A stretch of DNA of 12,571 nt from Myxococcota bacterium. GTDB lineage: Bacteria > Myxococcota_A > UBA796 > SXON01. The position numbers and the translations under genes were made by a program. Below, piece after piece: positions 1 through 8,573 of the stretch; position 1 is the stretch's first letter, and each line of letters opens with the position of its first letter. Under the pieces are notes generated by a model. That model had not been told where the DNA came from. It worked only from the letters and a program-made list of their open reading frames with translations, and ran no database searches. The stretch lies in NCBI GenBank assembly GCA_040386535.1, contig JAZKFH010000071.1, positions 1 through 12,571 on the forward strand, written 5' to 3'.

Positions 1-170
1 GCGGGACCTGCTCGTCAGGCGGTGCCTCCGTGGCCGCTGGGCGGCCACCGAGCGGGACCTGCTCGTCAGGCGGTGCCTCCGTGGCCGCTGGGCGGCCACC
101 GAGCGGGTACCTGCTCGTCAGGCGGTGCCTCGGTGGCCGCTGGGCGGCCACCGAGGCGGTACCTGCTCGT
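1..170. repeat. Tandem array of ~51-bp palindromic (REP/BIME-like) units; 3 full copies plus a partial, probably continuing past the window start
   Basis: Units start at 1, 52 and 103, with a partial at 155-170. Unit 3 has a perfect 14-bp stem GCCTCGGTGGCCGC-TGG-GCGGCCACCGAGGC (127-157). Confidence 0.9.
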
Positions 171-367
171 ACCGGCCGCCGCGGCGGCCCCGGTGACCCG
201 AGTCAAGCATCTTCGTGGCGGCAGGAGGTCCACGCCCCCCTTTCACAACACGGTCCCGCCGTTCGCCGCCCCGCCGCCCGCCCCGCCGCCCCCGCCGCCG
301 CAGCGGCCGCGCCGCGCGGACCGTCTGCCCAGTTCCCCCGCCTCGGCGTGCTACACCCGCCCTCCCG

Positions 368-1237
368 ATGCCGCCGCCCGCACCCACGAACCGCGCCGAG
401 GCCCGCTTCGACTTCTTCGTGGAGCGGTGGCCCGTCGCGACGTACGCCCTCGTGGGGACGCTCGTCGCCATCCACGTCGCGATTGGGATGGCCGGACCGC
501 CGCGCGTGGTGTGGTGGTTCCGGCTGTTCGGGCCGCGCGCGGAGGCCCCGATGTTGCGCTGGGGGGCGCGCGGCGGCGTGGCCGTGGCCGACGGCGAGCT
601 GTGGCGGCTCGTGACGCACGGGTTCCTCCACTGGGACATGGTGCACCTGCTCGTCAACGCGCTCGCGCTGTTCGGCCTGGGGCGGCTAGCCGAGACCGTG
701 TTCGGGCCGGTGCGCCTGTACGTGCTGTTCCTGGTGAGCGTGATCGGCGGCGGCCTGTTGTCGCAGACCGCGGGACCGAGCGTGGTGTCCGCCGGCGCGA
801 GTGGTGGGCTGTTCGGGGTGCTCGGGGCGCTGGTCACCTTCGGCGTCGCCCGCCGCGCGACGATGGGCCCGTCGCTCGCCGACCTGTTCGTGCGGCGCCT
901 GTGGCCCTGGCTGGTGCTGAACCTCGCCGCCGGGCTGCTCCTCCCCTACGCCTACCGCGCCGTGACCGCGCAGATCGCGCTGGCGTACACCTACCTGCTC
1001 CCGACGCTTCGCGCCCTCGTGGACGGCCTCCCCGCGCGCCTCCTGTTCGGCGACGGCCCCTCCCTCGACAACCGCGCCCACCTCGGCGGGCTCGTGGCGG
1101 GGTCTGTGTGCGCGCTGCTGCTCGGCGAGCGCATCACCGACAACCACGCACGCCGGCCCGCCGCGACCGTGGCGATGGCGATCGCGCTGACGGTGACGCT
1201 CACCTGGGCCGCGGGAATGTTGGCCTTGCGGCGGTGA
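368..1237 (+). CDS. Rhomboid family intramembrane serine protease (paralog 1, 289 aa)
   Basis: GELWRL (WR motif), FLHWDMVHLLVN (HxxxN), GASGGLFG (catalytic Ser), DNRAHLGG (catalytic His), multiple TM segments. ATG 368 chosen because the upstream in-frame extension is low-complexity Pro/Arg. Confidence 0.93.
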   Translation: MPPPAPTNRAEARFDFFVERWPVATYALVGTLVAIHVAIGMAGPPRVVWWFRLFGPRAEAPMLRWGARGGVAVADGELWRLVTHGFLHWDMVHLLVNALALFGLGRLAETVFGPVRLYVLFLVSVIGGGLLSQTAGPSVVSAGASGGLFGVLGALVTFGVARRATMGPSLADLFVRRLWPWLVLNLAAGLLLPYAYRAVTAQIALAYTYLLPTLRALVDGLPARLLFGDGPSLDNRAHLGGLVAGSVCALLLGERITDNHARRPAATVAMAIALTVTLTWAAGMLALRR

Positions 1238-1315
1238 TGTTCCGTGGGCGGACCGCCGCCGTTCCAGTGTCTACCGGAGGAGGAAGGGCGCGCCCTTTCC
1301 CGCGCCCGGGGCTCC

Positions 1316-2104
1316 ATGGACGATCCGCCGCGCCGCGCTCCGTTCCCCAAGGCCTGGCTCGACGCCGAGCGGCGGTTCATCGCGCGCCTCGCCCGCCCGC
1401 CGCGTGCCACCGCCGCGTTGTTGGGCCTGCTCGTGGCGATCCACGTGCTCGGCGGCCTGCTCACCGCGCCCGGGCAGGGCACGTGGCTGCGCATCTTCGG
1501 CATCCGCCCGGCCGAGATGATGGTGCGCCTGGGCGCGCGGGACGGCGCGCGGGTCGCCGACGGCGAGGTGTGGCGCATGGTCAGCGCCGGGTTCCTCCAC
1601 TGGGACGTGGCCCACCTGTTCATGAACGGCCTCGCGCTCTGGGGCCTCGGGCGGCTGTGCGAGATCGTGTTCGGACCCGTGCGGATGTACTGGTTGTTCC
1701 TGCTCTGTGTCATCGGCGGCAACCTGCTCTCCCAGACCGCCGACGCCGCGATCATCTCCGCCGGCGCGAGCGGCGGCGTGTTCGGCCTGCTCGGCGCGCT
1801 CGTGGCGTTCGGCCTGTCGCGGCGAAAGTCCCTGTCGCCGCCCTTGCGCGAGGTGTTCACCCGCCAGCTGTTCCCGTGGATCCTGCTGAACCTCGGCATC
1901 GGCATCCTCTTGCCGTTCATCGACAACCGCGCGCACATCGGCGGCCTCGTCACCGGCGCCGTGTGCGCCGTGGTCCTGGGCGACTCCCTCACCGACGACC
2001 ACCGCCCCTGGCCCTGGGCCACCGTCGCGATGGCGCTCGCCATGGGCGTCATGCTCGTGTGGACGGCCGCGATGGTGGCGCTGCACGCCCTCCCTCCAGG
2101 CTGA
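1316..2104 (+). CDS. Rhomboid family intramembrane serine protease (paralog 2, 262 aa)
   Basis: GEVWRM, FLHWDVAHLFMN, GASGGVFG, DNRAHIGG; colinear with paralog 1. ATG 1316 gives an N-terminus that aligns with paralog 1; GTG 1244 is an alternative start. Confidence 0.93.
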   Translation: MDDPPRRAPFPKAWLDAERRFIARLARPPRATAALLGLLVAIHVLGGLLTAPGQGTWLRIFGIRPAEMMVRLGARDGARVADGEVWRMVSAGFLHWDVAHLFMNGLALWGLGRLCEIVFGPVRMYWLFLLCVIGGNLLSQTADAAIISAGASGGVFGLLGALVAFGLSRRKSLSPPLREVFTRQLFPWILLNLGIGILLPFIDNRAHIGGLVTGAVCAVVLGDSLTDDHRPWPWATVAMALAMGVMLVWTAAMVALHALPPG

Positions 2105-2545
2105 TCACCCCGCCGGCGAGCTCGCCACCATCGAGCCGAGGATCCCCACGGTCACCGCGAGCGCCGCGGACGCCCCGAAACACAGCCGCGCAACACGACG
2201 CCCGCCGGGCGGCCCGAACACCAGCGCGCACCCGCCCCAGGCGAGCACCAGCGCGTAGAAGGCGAGGTGCTCCTTCGTCTCGAACAACATCGCCACCTCG
2301 AACGCGCCCTGGAGCAGCCGCGGCTTGTCCACCACGCGGTAGCCCGGGTACAGCCACCAGCCGCCCAGCGTCGTGATCGTGACCAGCGCGGTGGCGAGCG
2401 CCACGCTCCAGCGCGTGCCGGGGCGCAGGCTCGCGGCGGCGGAGCGGGGCGGCCGGAGCGTGATCGCCGGATGCACCAGCGCGATCGCCGCGAGCAGCCC
2501 GAGGTGCCCGTGCAGGGTGCGCGCGAGGGTCACGAGGTCGATCAA
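2105..2545 (-). CDS. Hypothetical membrane protein (~4 TM, 146 aa) with His residues in or near the helices (LHGHLG, HP, FETKEH)
   Basis: Four hydrophobic stretches and GC-rich third positions. TTG 2545 is preceded by GGGAG and a TAACAT box; ATG 2569 is an alternative start. Its stop directly abuts the rhomboid stop (TGATCA, 2102-2107). Confidence 0.75.
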   Translation of the reverse strand: MIDLVTLARTLHGHLGLLAAIALVHPAITLRPPRSAAASLRPGTRWSVALATALVTITTLGGWWLYPGYRVVDKPRLLQGAFEVAMLFETKEHLAFYALVLAWGGCALVFGPPGGRRVARLCFGASAALAVTVGILGSMVASSPAG

Positions 2546-2567
2546 GGGCGTTCGCTCCCCACGATGC

Positions 2568-2573
2568 ATGTTA
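2568..2573 (-). promoter_or_regulatory. Putative -10 element (TAACAT) for the membrane protein gene
   Basis: TAnnnT hexamer in the only AT-rich patch of the 55-bp divergent gap, upstream of the SD-like GGGAG and TTG. Confidence 0.4.
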
Positions 2574-2600
2574 TCGGGCCGGCCGAGCGCAGGAGTACGC

Positions 2601-2990
2601 ATGCCCAGCCCGTTCGGTATCCGCCGTCGCATCAAGACCCTCCTCGGCATCGCGCCCAAGGCCGCCGCCGAGCCCGAAGTCGAGCCGGAGAAGATCACGC
2701 TCCACATCCTCGGCCCCAAGGGGGACGAGCAGTCCGTCACCACCTACGCCGGGTCGACCATCCTCGGCGCGTCGGGCCAGCTCCGCCACCCCATCGCGTC
2801 GGGTTGCTCGGACAGCACGTGCGGCACCTGCCACGTCGAGATCCTCGAGGGCGCGGAGAACCTCTCCGACCCCACCGCCCGCGAGCGCGGCACCCTCAAG
2901 GACGCCGGCCACCCCGCGGGCCAGCGCCTCTCGTGCCGCACCGAGATCCTCAAGGGCACGGTCAAGGTCCGGGCGTTCGAGCTGGTGTAG
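2601..2990 (+). CDS. 2Fe-2S ferredoxin (129 aa) with a basic N-terminal extension
   Basis: C-X4-C-X2-C (GCSDSTCGTCHV) plus distal RLSC; AGGAG at 2591-2595 before ATG 2601. Confidence 0.92.
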   Translation: MPSPFGIRRRIKTLLGIAPKAAAEPEVEPEKITLHILGPKGDEQSVTTYAGSTILGASGQLRHPIASGCSDSTCGTCHVEILEGAENLSDPTARERGTLKDAGHPAGQRLSCRTEILKGTVKVRAFELV

Positions 2991-3335
2991 CCCAAGGTCC
3001 CGCGTCCGGTCTGGGTGCGGGCGCATCCGGCGCGGACGCCGGACCGGCCCCTTCCGGGCTCGGGCCGAGGGCCCTCGGTCCGCCGCCGCTCCCCGAGCGG
3101 AGCGTCGCCGGGACCGGCCGCGCCCGGGCGCGCGGCCGCCCTCCAGGCGCCTTGCGCGGGGGAGCGGCGTGGCTTGGGCGCGGCGGGCGGCTTCCGACTT
3201 GCGACGCACCGGCGCGCGGCCGTGCTTCGGGCGGCGGGCGGGTCCTGAGTCGCGCCGCCCGGGCGCGCGTGGAGGGGCTTGGGCGGGGCGTGCGGGTCCC
3301 GGGTCGCGTCCCCCAAGGCGGCTAAACCGGCGCGA

Positions 3336-3534
3336 CCGTCCGAGGTCGGTGGATGCCCGCGCATCCCGTCACTTCGGACGGTATGTCCGTCCGAAGTCGG
3401 GGGATGCCCGCGCATCCCGTCACTTCGGACGGTATGTCCGTCCGAGGTCGGGGGATGCCCGCGCATCCCGTCACTTCGGACGGTATGTCCGTCCGAGGTC
3501 GGGGGATGCCCGCGCATCCCGTCACTTCGGACGG
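3336..3534. repeat. Tandem array of four 46-bp hairpin units with TATGT linkers (51-bp period), REP/BIME-like
   Basis: Units at 3336, 3387, 3438 and 3489. Outer stem CCGTCCGARGT/ACTTCGGACGG, inner stem GGGATGC-CCGC-GCATCCC; no variable spacers. Confidence 0.93.
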
Positions 3535-3633
3535 ACGGCCGACGAGGCACCGCGCCTCACCACCACGGCGATCCTCCCACATCGTCGTGTTGCAGCGAAG
3601 TCTTCGGTCACCAGCATCGTTCGGGGGAGCCGC

Positions 3634-4073
3634 ATGCCAACCTGGCCGGAGGTCGAAGCCTCGTTCTCGCCCGACGGGGCCCTCCGCGACATCTACGTCC
3701 ACGGCACCGACCTCGCCGACTGGGAGCGCCTGCTCGAGACGGTGCGAACCGCAGGCCCGACCCGCTGGACCGTGGACGGCATCGACGCGCCGCCCATGAC
3801 GGCCCGCGCGTGTTTCCTGCTCCGCGAGCGAGCGTCGGTGCAGCTCGACCTCCACTTCGGCGGAATCCTCCTCTGCACCCACTTCTTCGTGCCCGACGAG
3901 ATCGAGTCGACCTCGATCCGCGCGACGTGCGCGCGGAGACCTGGCCCTCGCTCGTGTCGTTCCTGTGGCTGCTCTCCGCCACGACCGGCAAGCGGGCGTC
4001 AATCACTCCGGAGAACTTTCCGACGGAGATCATCGCCCGCTGCGAGGTGGGCGGGGTTGTGCGCGCCGGGTGA
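3634..4073 (+). pseudogene. Hypothetical protein (~146 aa if repaired) with a single-base frameshift near 3907 (real lesion or assembly error)
   Basis: GGGGAG then ATG 3634. First frame reads MPTWPEVEASFSPDGALRDIYV...THFFVPDEIE; protein-like sequence continues in another frame as DLDPRDVRAETWPSLVSFLWLL...ITPENFP...VRAG*. One added base (e.g. GAG TTC GAC) restores EIEFDLDPR. Confidence 0.75.
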
Positions 4074-4280
4074 GTCCCAGTGTGCGTCCGGTCGAGGAAG
4101 GACCAACCAACCCGCCGGCGAGCATCCCGGCCGCGCCCTACGTTATGAGCGCTCGGGCCCGGCACGGGCCGTCGGCACCCGACATCACACTCCCGGATCC
4201 ATGACGCACGCCGAGCTCATCCAGCATCCGCCTCTCTACGTCGTGAGCGCGCTGTTGAGGACAACGTCGGGAACGTGGCG

Positions 4281-5555
4281 GTGAACGAACCCGTCGCGCC
4301 GGCGTGGGCGGTCCTCGTGGCGGGCTTTGTCTTGTGCGCGGTCGCCATCTTCGAGTCGGGCACCGCCATCGCGGGAGACGACTTCGGCTACCTCATGTGG
4401 GGGCTCCTGACCCGGGACAACCTGCTCGCGTGGGTGGATGGCCCGGAGTGGTTCACCTATCGCCGCCCGCTCAACACCCTGCTGTGGTGGCTCTCCGCCC
4501 AGACCGGCATCGATGGCGCGCTCGTCCGGTGGGGTCAGGTGGGCCTGTGGGCGCTCTTCGGCGGCGCGCTGCTTGCCACCACGCGGAGCTCGCTGCGGGG
4601 GCTGATCACGGTCGTGCTGCTCCTCCTCACGAACCAGGTGTTCGTCGACCTGCTCCACTGGCGAAGCTGGGTCACCACCACCGGCAGCGTGGCCTTCCTT
4701 GCGCTCGCGGCGTTGGCGGTGGAGCGCCGTGCGTCCGTGCTCACGGTCGCGCTGCTCGGGACCCTGGCGCTGGGGTTCAAGGAGCTCTCCGCCGTCGCCA
4801 TCGCGGTGATGCTCCTGACGCGCCCGGGATATCGCCTCGTGGGCGCCCTGCTCGTCGCCGGGGTGGGTGTCGGGTCGCTCTCGTCCGCGCACAAGCTCGG
4901 ACTGCACTTCGTTGCGGACAACGTGCGCTTCCACGCGCAGACGGTGGCCCTCTTCGCCCCCGTCGTGCCGGTGCTCCTCGCGGCGCGGTTTCCGAGGTTG
5001 CCCGCATGGACGCTGCTGTTCTGCGCCGCCTTGGTGGTGCTCCCGGCGCCAGTCGTGGCGGTCGCGGTGGTCTGCTCGGCCACGCTCTTCCTGACACAGG
5101 AAGTGCGGTGGCTTCCCGCCGCGGCCGTCGCCTTCGGCCTCCCGTTCGTCGGCGCCTACCACGCGCGTCAATACCTGCTCGAGTCCTGGACCATCGTGCT
5201 GATCGCCCTCGCGTCGGCGCGGCGGTTCTCCGTGCCGACCACCGCCTGGGTGGCGATGCTCGTGCTGGCCGCTCCGCCCGCGGTCGACTTCGAACGGAAT
5301 CGTGCCACGCTCCGCGCCGAGTTCGCCACCCAACGCGCGTTCCTCCGCGACTTCCATCCTCCGCCGGCCGCGCATCTCTACCACCCGGACAGCCTGTGGT
5401 CCTGGAACCTCGACGCGCTCCATTGGGTCCAACGCGGCGCCACGCTCGAAGGACAGCCGCCTCTGGGGAGCCGGCCGAAGCAGGTGGGGCCGCTGTCGGG
5501 CGTGTGGGCCGACCTCGAGCCGGCCAGCGCACCTACCGGGGCACCGGCACCGTGA
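4281..5555 (+). CDS. Polytopic membrane protein, possible GT-C-fold (ArnT/GtrII/PMT-like) glycosyltransferase
   Basis: About 10-12 hydrophobic segments; first loop GDDFGY followed by YRRPL and a later FKE motif, a pattern typical of GT-C-like proteins; soluble C-terminal tail. Start is GTG 4281 or 4275. Function is inferred from motifs only. Confidence 0.65.
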   Translation: MNEPVAPAWAVLVAGFVLCAVAIFESGTAIAGDDFGYLMWGLLTRDNLLAWVDGPEWFTYRRPLNTLLWWLSAQTGIDGALVRWGQVGLWALFGGALLATTRSSLRGLITVVLLLLTNQVFVDLLHWRSWVTTTGSVAFLALAALAVERRASVLTVALLGTLALGFKELSAVAIAVMLLTRPGYRLVGALLVAGVGVGSLSSAHKLGLHFVADNVRFHAQTVALFAPVVPVLLAARFPRLPAWTLLFCAALVVLPAPVVAVAVVCSATLFLTQEVRWLPAAAVAFGLPFVGAYHARQYLLESWTIVLIALASARRFSVPTTAWVAMLVLAAPPAVDFERNRATLRAEFATQRAFLRDFHPPPAAHLYHPDSLWSWNLDALHWVQRGATLEGQPPLGSRPKQVGPLSGVWADLEPASAPTGAPAP

Positions 5556-5594
5556 GCACCGCGCCGGCGTCCACGCCGCCGGTTCCCCCTCCAC

Positions 5595-7190
5595 CTACAA
5601 CGGAGCCTGCACATACGCCCCGCCCCCTTCCAGGGCCCCCGCGTCCAGACCGGGCGCCCCCAGGACGACCTCCAGGAAGCCGTCGGCGTCCAGGTCCCCG
5701 AGCGCTACGCCTGTCCCGACGTAGTCGTCCGCGCTCGCGCCGTTGAACGTGGCGTCGGCGTCGGTCGTGTCGAGCGCCCCGGCGAGGGGCCCGTAGAACA
5801 GGTAGGCCGCCCCGGAGTTCGAGCCCCCCGGATCGTCCAGCCAGGCCCCCGCCAGCACGTCGGCGAAGCCGTCGCCGTCGGCGTCCTTGGCCGCGATCGC
5901 GCCTCCCGAGCCTTCGCCGAGGCCGAACTAGCTCCCCGCCGTCCCGTCGAGGATCGCGGCCGCGGTGCCGAGGGACACTTCGCCCGTCACTGGCCCCCGC
6001 ACGACGTAGACCCGGCCGGCCTCGGCGCCGCCGTTGGCCCCGGCGAGCACGTCGGCGTAACCGTCGCCGTCCACGTCGCCCGTCTCGACCGAGAGCCCGG
6101 CGTAGTCGCCCGGGAGCTCGCCGAGGAGCCGCGCGTCCGCCGAGCCGAGGCCCATCTCGCCCATCGGGGCGCCGAGGACCACGTACACGACGCCGGATTG
6201 GGGGGCGCCGCCGTCCCCGTAGATGGCCGCGATGACGATGTCCGCGAGGCCGTCTCCGTCGACATCGCCGCCGGCGTGCAACGTCCTGCCCGTGTACCAG
6301 CTCGCGCCCTCGCCCACGAGGGTGGCGTCGGCGTCCACTTCGAGATCCACCTCGCCGGAGAGCGGCCCGTACTCGACGAACACCGTGCCGGAGTCCCCCC
6401 CGCCGAGCGAGCCGGCGTAGCAGCCCACGACTCCGTCCGCGATGCCGTCGCCGTTCACGTCGGCGAGCGCCCCGCCGTGCCCCGCGTAGCTGACCTGGGG
6501 CCCGCGGAGCACCACCTCGGCGTCGGCCAGTACGCGGTCGCCCGTGATGGGCCCGAGCAGCACGAACAGCCCGTTGGTGTCGATGCCGTAGGGCGCGCCC
6601 AGGGCAACGTCCCCGACGCCGTCGCCGTTCACGTCGCCCATCGCGATGGAGCGGCTGGCGCCGAAGGTGAGGTTGGCGTCCCCGTCGATGCGGAAGTCGG
6701 CCGCGTCCAGCGTGCGCGACGTGGTGATCGGGCCCGGTACCAGGAACCCGCCGCCGCCGTAGCCCTCCGCGTAGAGCGTCGCGAGGAGGAGGTCACCGTA
6801 GCCGTCGCCGGTCACGTCCCCGATGTCGACGCGCCGGCCCGCGTCGAAGTTGTTCCGCCCCGAGGCGAGCTCCACGTCGGTCGACCCGAGGTCTACGGTG
6901 CCCGCGTGCCGGCAGGCCCGCTCCACGCCGTCGCAGTCGCTGTCCACATCGTCATCGCAGGAGTCGACAGCGCCGGGGTTCCGCGTGGCGTCCCCGTCGT
7001 CACAGTCATCGCCGTTGTCGACGTAGCCGTCGCCCTCGTCGCACGCGGAGGCCACGGCCGCGTCGCCGAAGCCGTCGCCGTCCGCGTCGGGCCACCAGGC
7101 CGCGCATGGGAGACCGCTGTCCTCCGTGTCGTTGGTGTCGGGCGCGTCGGTCTTGGGCGTGCCGCGGGCGAGCGCGAGGAGCAACAGCAT
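5595..7190 (-). pseudogene. FG-GAP/integrin-alpha-type beta-propeller protein with an N-terminal MopE-related putative metal-binding repeat; interrupted by an in-frame TAG at 5928-5930
   Basis: WWPDADGDGFGD...DCDDGDATRNPGAVDSCDDDVDSDCDG, then seven DxxGDGxxD-type repeats (5 before and 2 after the stop). ORFs 5928-7190 and 5595-5858 are in the same frame. Confidence 0.85.
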
Positions 7191-7196
7191 GGGCGG

Positions 7197-7202
7197 ACTG
7201 TA
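7197..7202 (-). promoter_or_regulatory. Putative -10 element (TACAGT), leaderless-type
   Basis: TAnnnT 6 nt upstream of ATG 7190; no SD sequence. Confidence 0.45.
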
Positions 7203-7253
7203 CCGTGGGCCGCCCGAGGCGCGCGGCGCCTTCCGGCGAGGTCTACCAACCGC

Positions 7254-7796
7254 TCACCCCCCCAACACCCCCCGCGCCGCCATCAACGCGAACCCCAACA
7301 GGTTGAGCCCGCGCCACTGGTTCGGGTCCTGCGCCCGGGGGCTGCTCGCGCCGAGGCCGATGCCCCAGATGGTGTCGCTCGGGCTCGCTTCCACGAGCAC
7401 CGCGTCCCCGGTGGCGAGCAGGTACGCGCGGAGCGCCGGGTCCTGCCCGAACTTCTCGACGCTGCCGCGCCGCACGATGGCCTGACGCTGGGGCTTCCAC
7501 ACCGCGTCGTCGAAGGCGCGCACGGTGCGGCCCAGCCGCTTGGCCTCGCTCGGCGTCGGGCTCGCGAGGATGGCGGCGAGGGCCTCGTCGTCGCCGAACA
7601 GGCGCGCCTTCTCCGCCATCATCCAGTGTTCGGCCGTGGAGTAGAACGTGCCGTCCACCACGAACGGGGCGCCCCACCACTGGGAGAACACGTGCGGACC
7701 CACGCGCCCGTCGGCCGGCGGCGTGTGCCCGTAGAAGAAGAACAGCGGGGGGCGCTCGCCCGCGTCGTAACGGCGGCGAAGCTCGGAGAGGTTCAT
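7254..7796 (-). CDS. ybiA: NADAR family protein (YbiA/DUF1768-like N-glycosidase), 180 aa
   Basis: FSQWW, TAEHWMMAEKARLFGD, AKRLGR, KFGQ, LLATG, LVEASPSDTIWGIG and WRGLNLLGFALM motifs; AGGAAGG before ATG 7796. Confidence 0.93.
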   Translation of the reverse strand: MNLSELRRRYDAGERPPLFFFYGHTPPADGRVGPHVFSQWWGAPFVVDGTFYSTAEHWMMAEKARLFGDDEALAAILASPTPSEAKRLGRTVRAFDDAVWKPQRQAIVRRGSVEKFGQDPALRAYLLATGDAVLVEASPSDTIWGIGLGASSPRAQDPNQWRGLNLLGFALMAARGVLGG

Positions 7797-7869
7797 CGGC
7801 CTTCCTTTTCCTGGGACGGGGCTCCGCCCCGTAACGCCCGGAGGCACGTGGTCGGGGCGCCCGCCCCAG

Positions 7870-8562
7870 TCAGCGCCGGAACACGAACCGCAGCGCCTTG
7901 GGGAGCCGCCGCTGCCAATGCCGCTCCCGATGGGTGCCGCGGGCGTCGGGCCGCCACAACAGGCGCGTGGCGTCGTAGCCGTGGGCCTGGAGGTGCCCGA
8001 CCATGCGCTGGGCGCCCGCGACCATGCGCGGGCTCTCGCGCAGGCCCACGTCGAGGTACACGCGCGCGCCGGGCGCCGGGCGGGCCGGCACCTCCCGGAA
8101 GATCGCGCCGTTGTCGAACCAGAACGACGGCGAGATGCAGATCGCCGCGCCGAAGGTGTCCGGATGGCGGAGATGCGCGGCGAGGGCCGCGAGCCCGCCG
8201 AGCGAGGATCCGCCGATCGCGACGGGTCCCGGCCGCACCGCCCAACGGGCCCGGACGGCGGGCAGCAGATCGCCGCGAATGGCGTCGAGCAGCCCATCGA
8301 GCCCACGCCAGAGCTCCTCGATACGCGTGTGCCCGCCGTTGTCGATGGCCACGACGATGGGGACGTCGATGGTCCCGGGCAGCGCCCCGACAGCCGCGTG
8401 GGCCTGCCAGCCCCCCGCGTAGCTGCCCGCGTCGTCGAAGATGTTCTGGCCGTCGAACAGCAGGAGCAACGGCGCCCCCCCGCCCCGCTGCCCGGCCCGC
8501 GGCGACGCGTACACCCGCGCCCGGCGGGCCCCGTGGAACGCGAAGGTGAGGTCGGCGAACAT
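7870..8562 (-). CDS. Alpha/beta-hydrolase, putative esterase (Fes/IroE-like family), 230 aa
   Basis: LLFDGQNIFD, nucleophile elbow GGSSLGG, SPSFW, VYLDVGLRE, and C-terminal GTHRERHWQRRLPKALRF (catalytic His region). Confidence 0.88.
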   Translation of the reverse strand: MFADLTFAFHGARRARVYASPRAGQRGGGAPLLLLFDGQNIFDDAGSYAGGWQAHAAVGALPGTIDVPIVVAIDNGGHTRIEELWRGLDGLLDAIRGDLLPAVRARWAVRPGPVAIGGSSLGGLAALAAHLRHPDTFGAAICISPSFWFDNGAIFREVPARPAPGARVYLDVGLRESPRMVAGAQRMVGHLQAHGYDATRLLWRPDARGTHRERHWQRRLPKALRFVFRR

Positions 8563-8567
8563 CGGCC

Positions 8568-8573
8568 ACGCTA
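8568..8573 (-). promoter_or_regulatory. Putative -10 element (TAGCGT), leaderless-type
   Basis: TAnnnT 5 nt upstream of ATG 8562; no SD sequence. Confidence 0.45.

Noticed and set aside
22..2376. 784-aa ORF and other long Arg/Pro/Ala-rich ORFs (e.g. 6198-8549, 4236-5594, 9834-10967)
   Set aside because: Shadow frames of real genes in high-GC DNA; low complexity and no motifs.
3336..3534. CRISPR array (also considered for 1-170)
   Set aside because: No unique spacers, the linkers are constant, and no cas genes are present.
7254..7796. DarT1-NADAR toxin-antitoxin or defence system
   Set aside because: No ADP-ribosyltransferase neighbour; flanked by an esterase and an FG-GAP gene.
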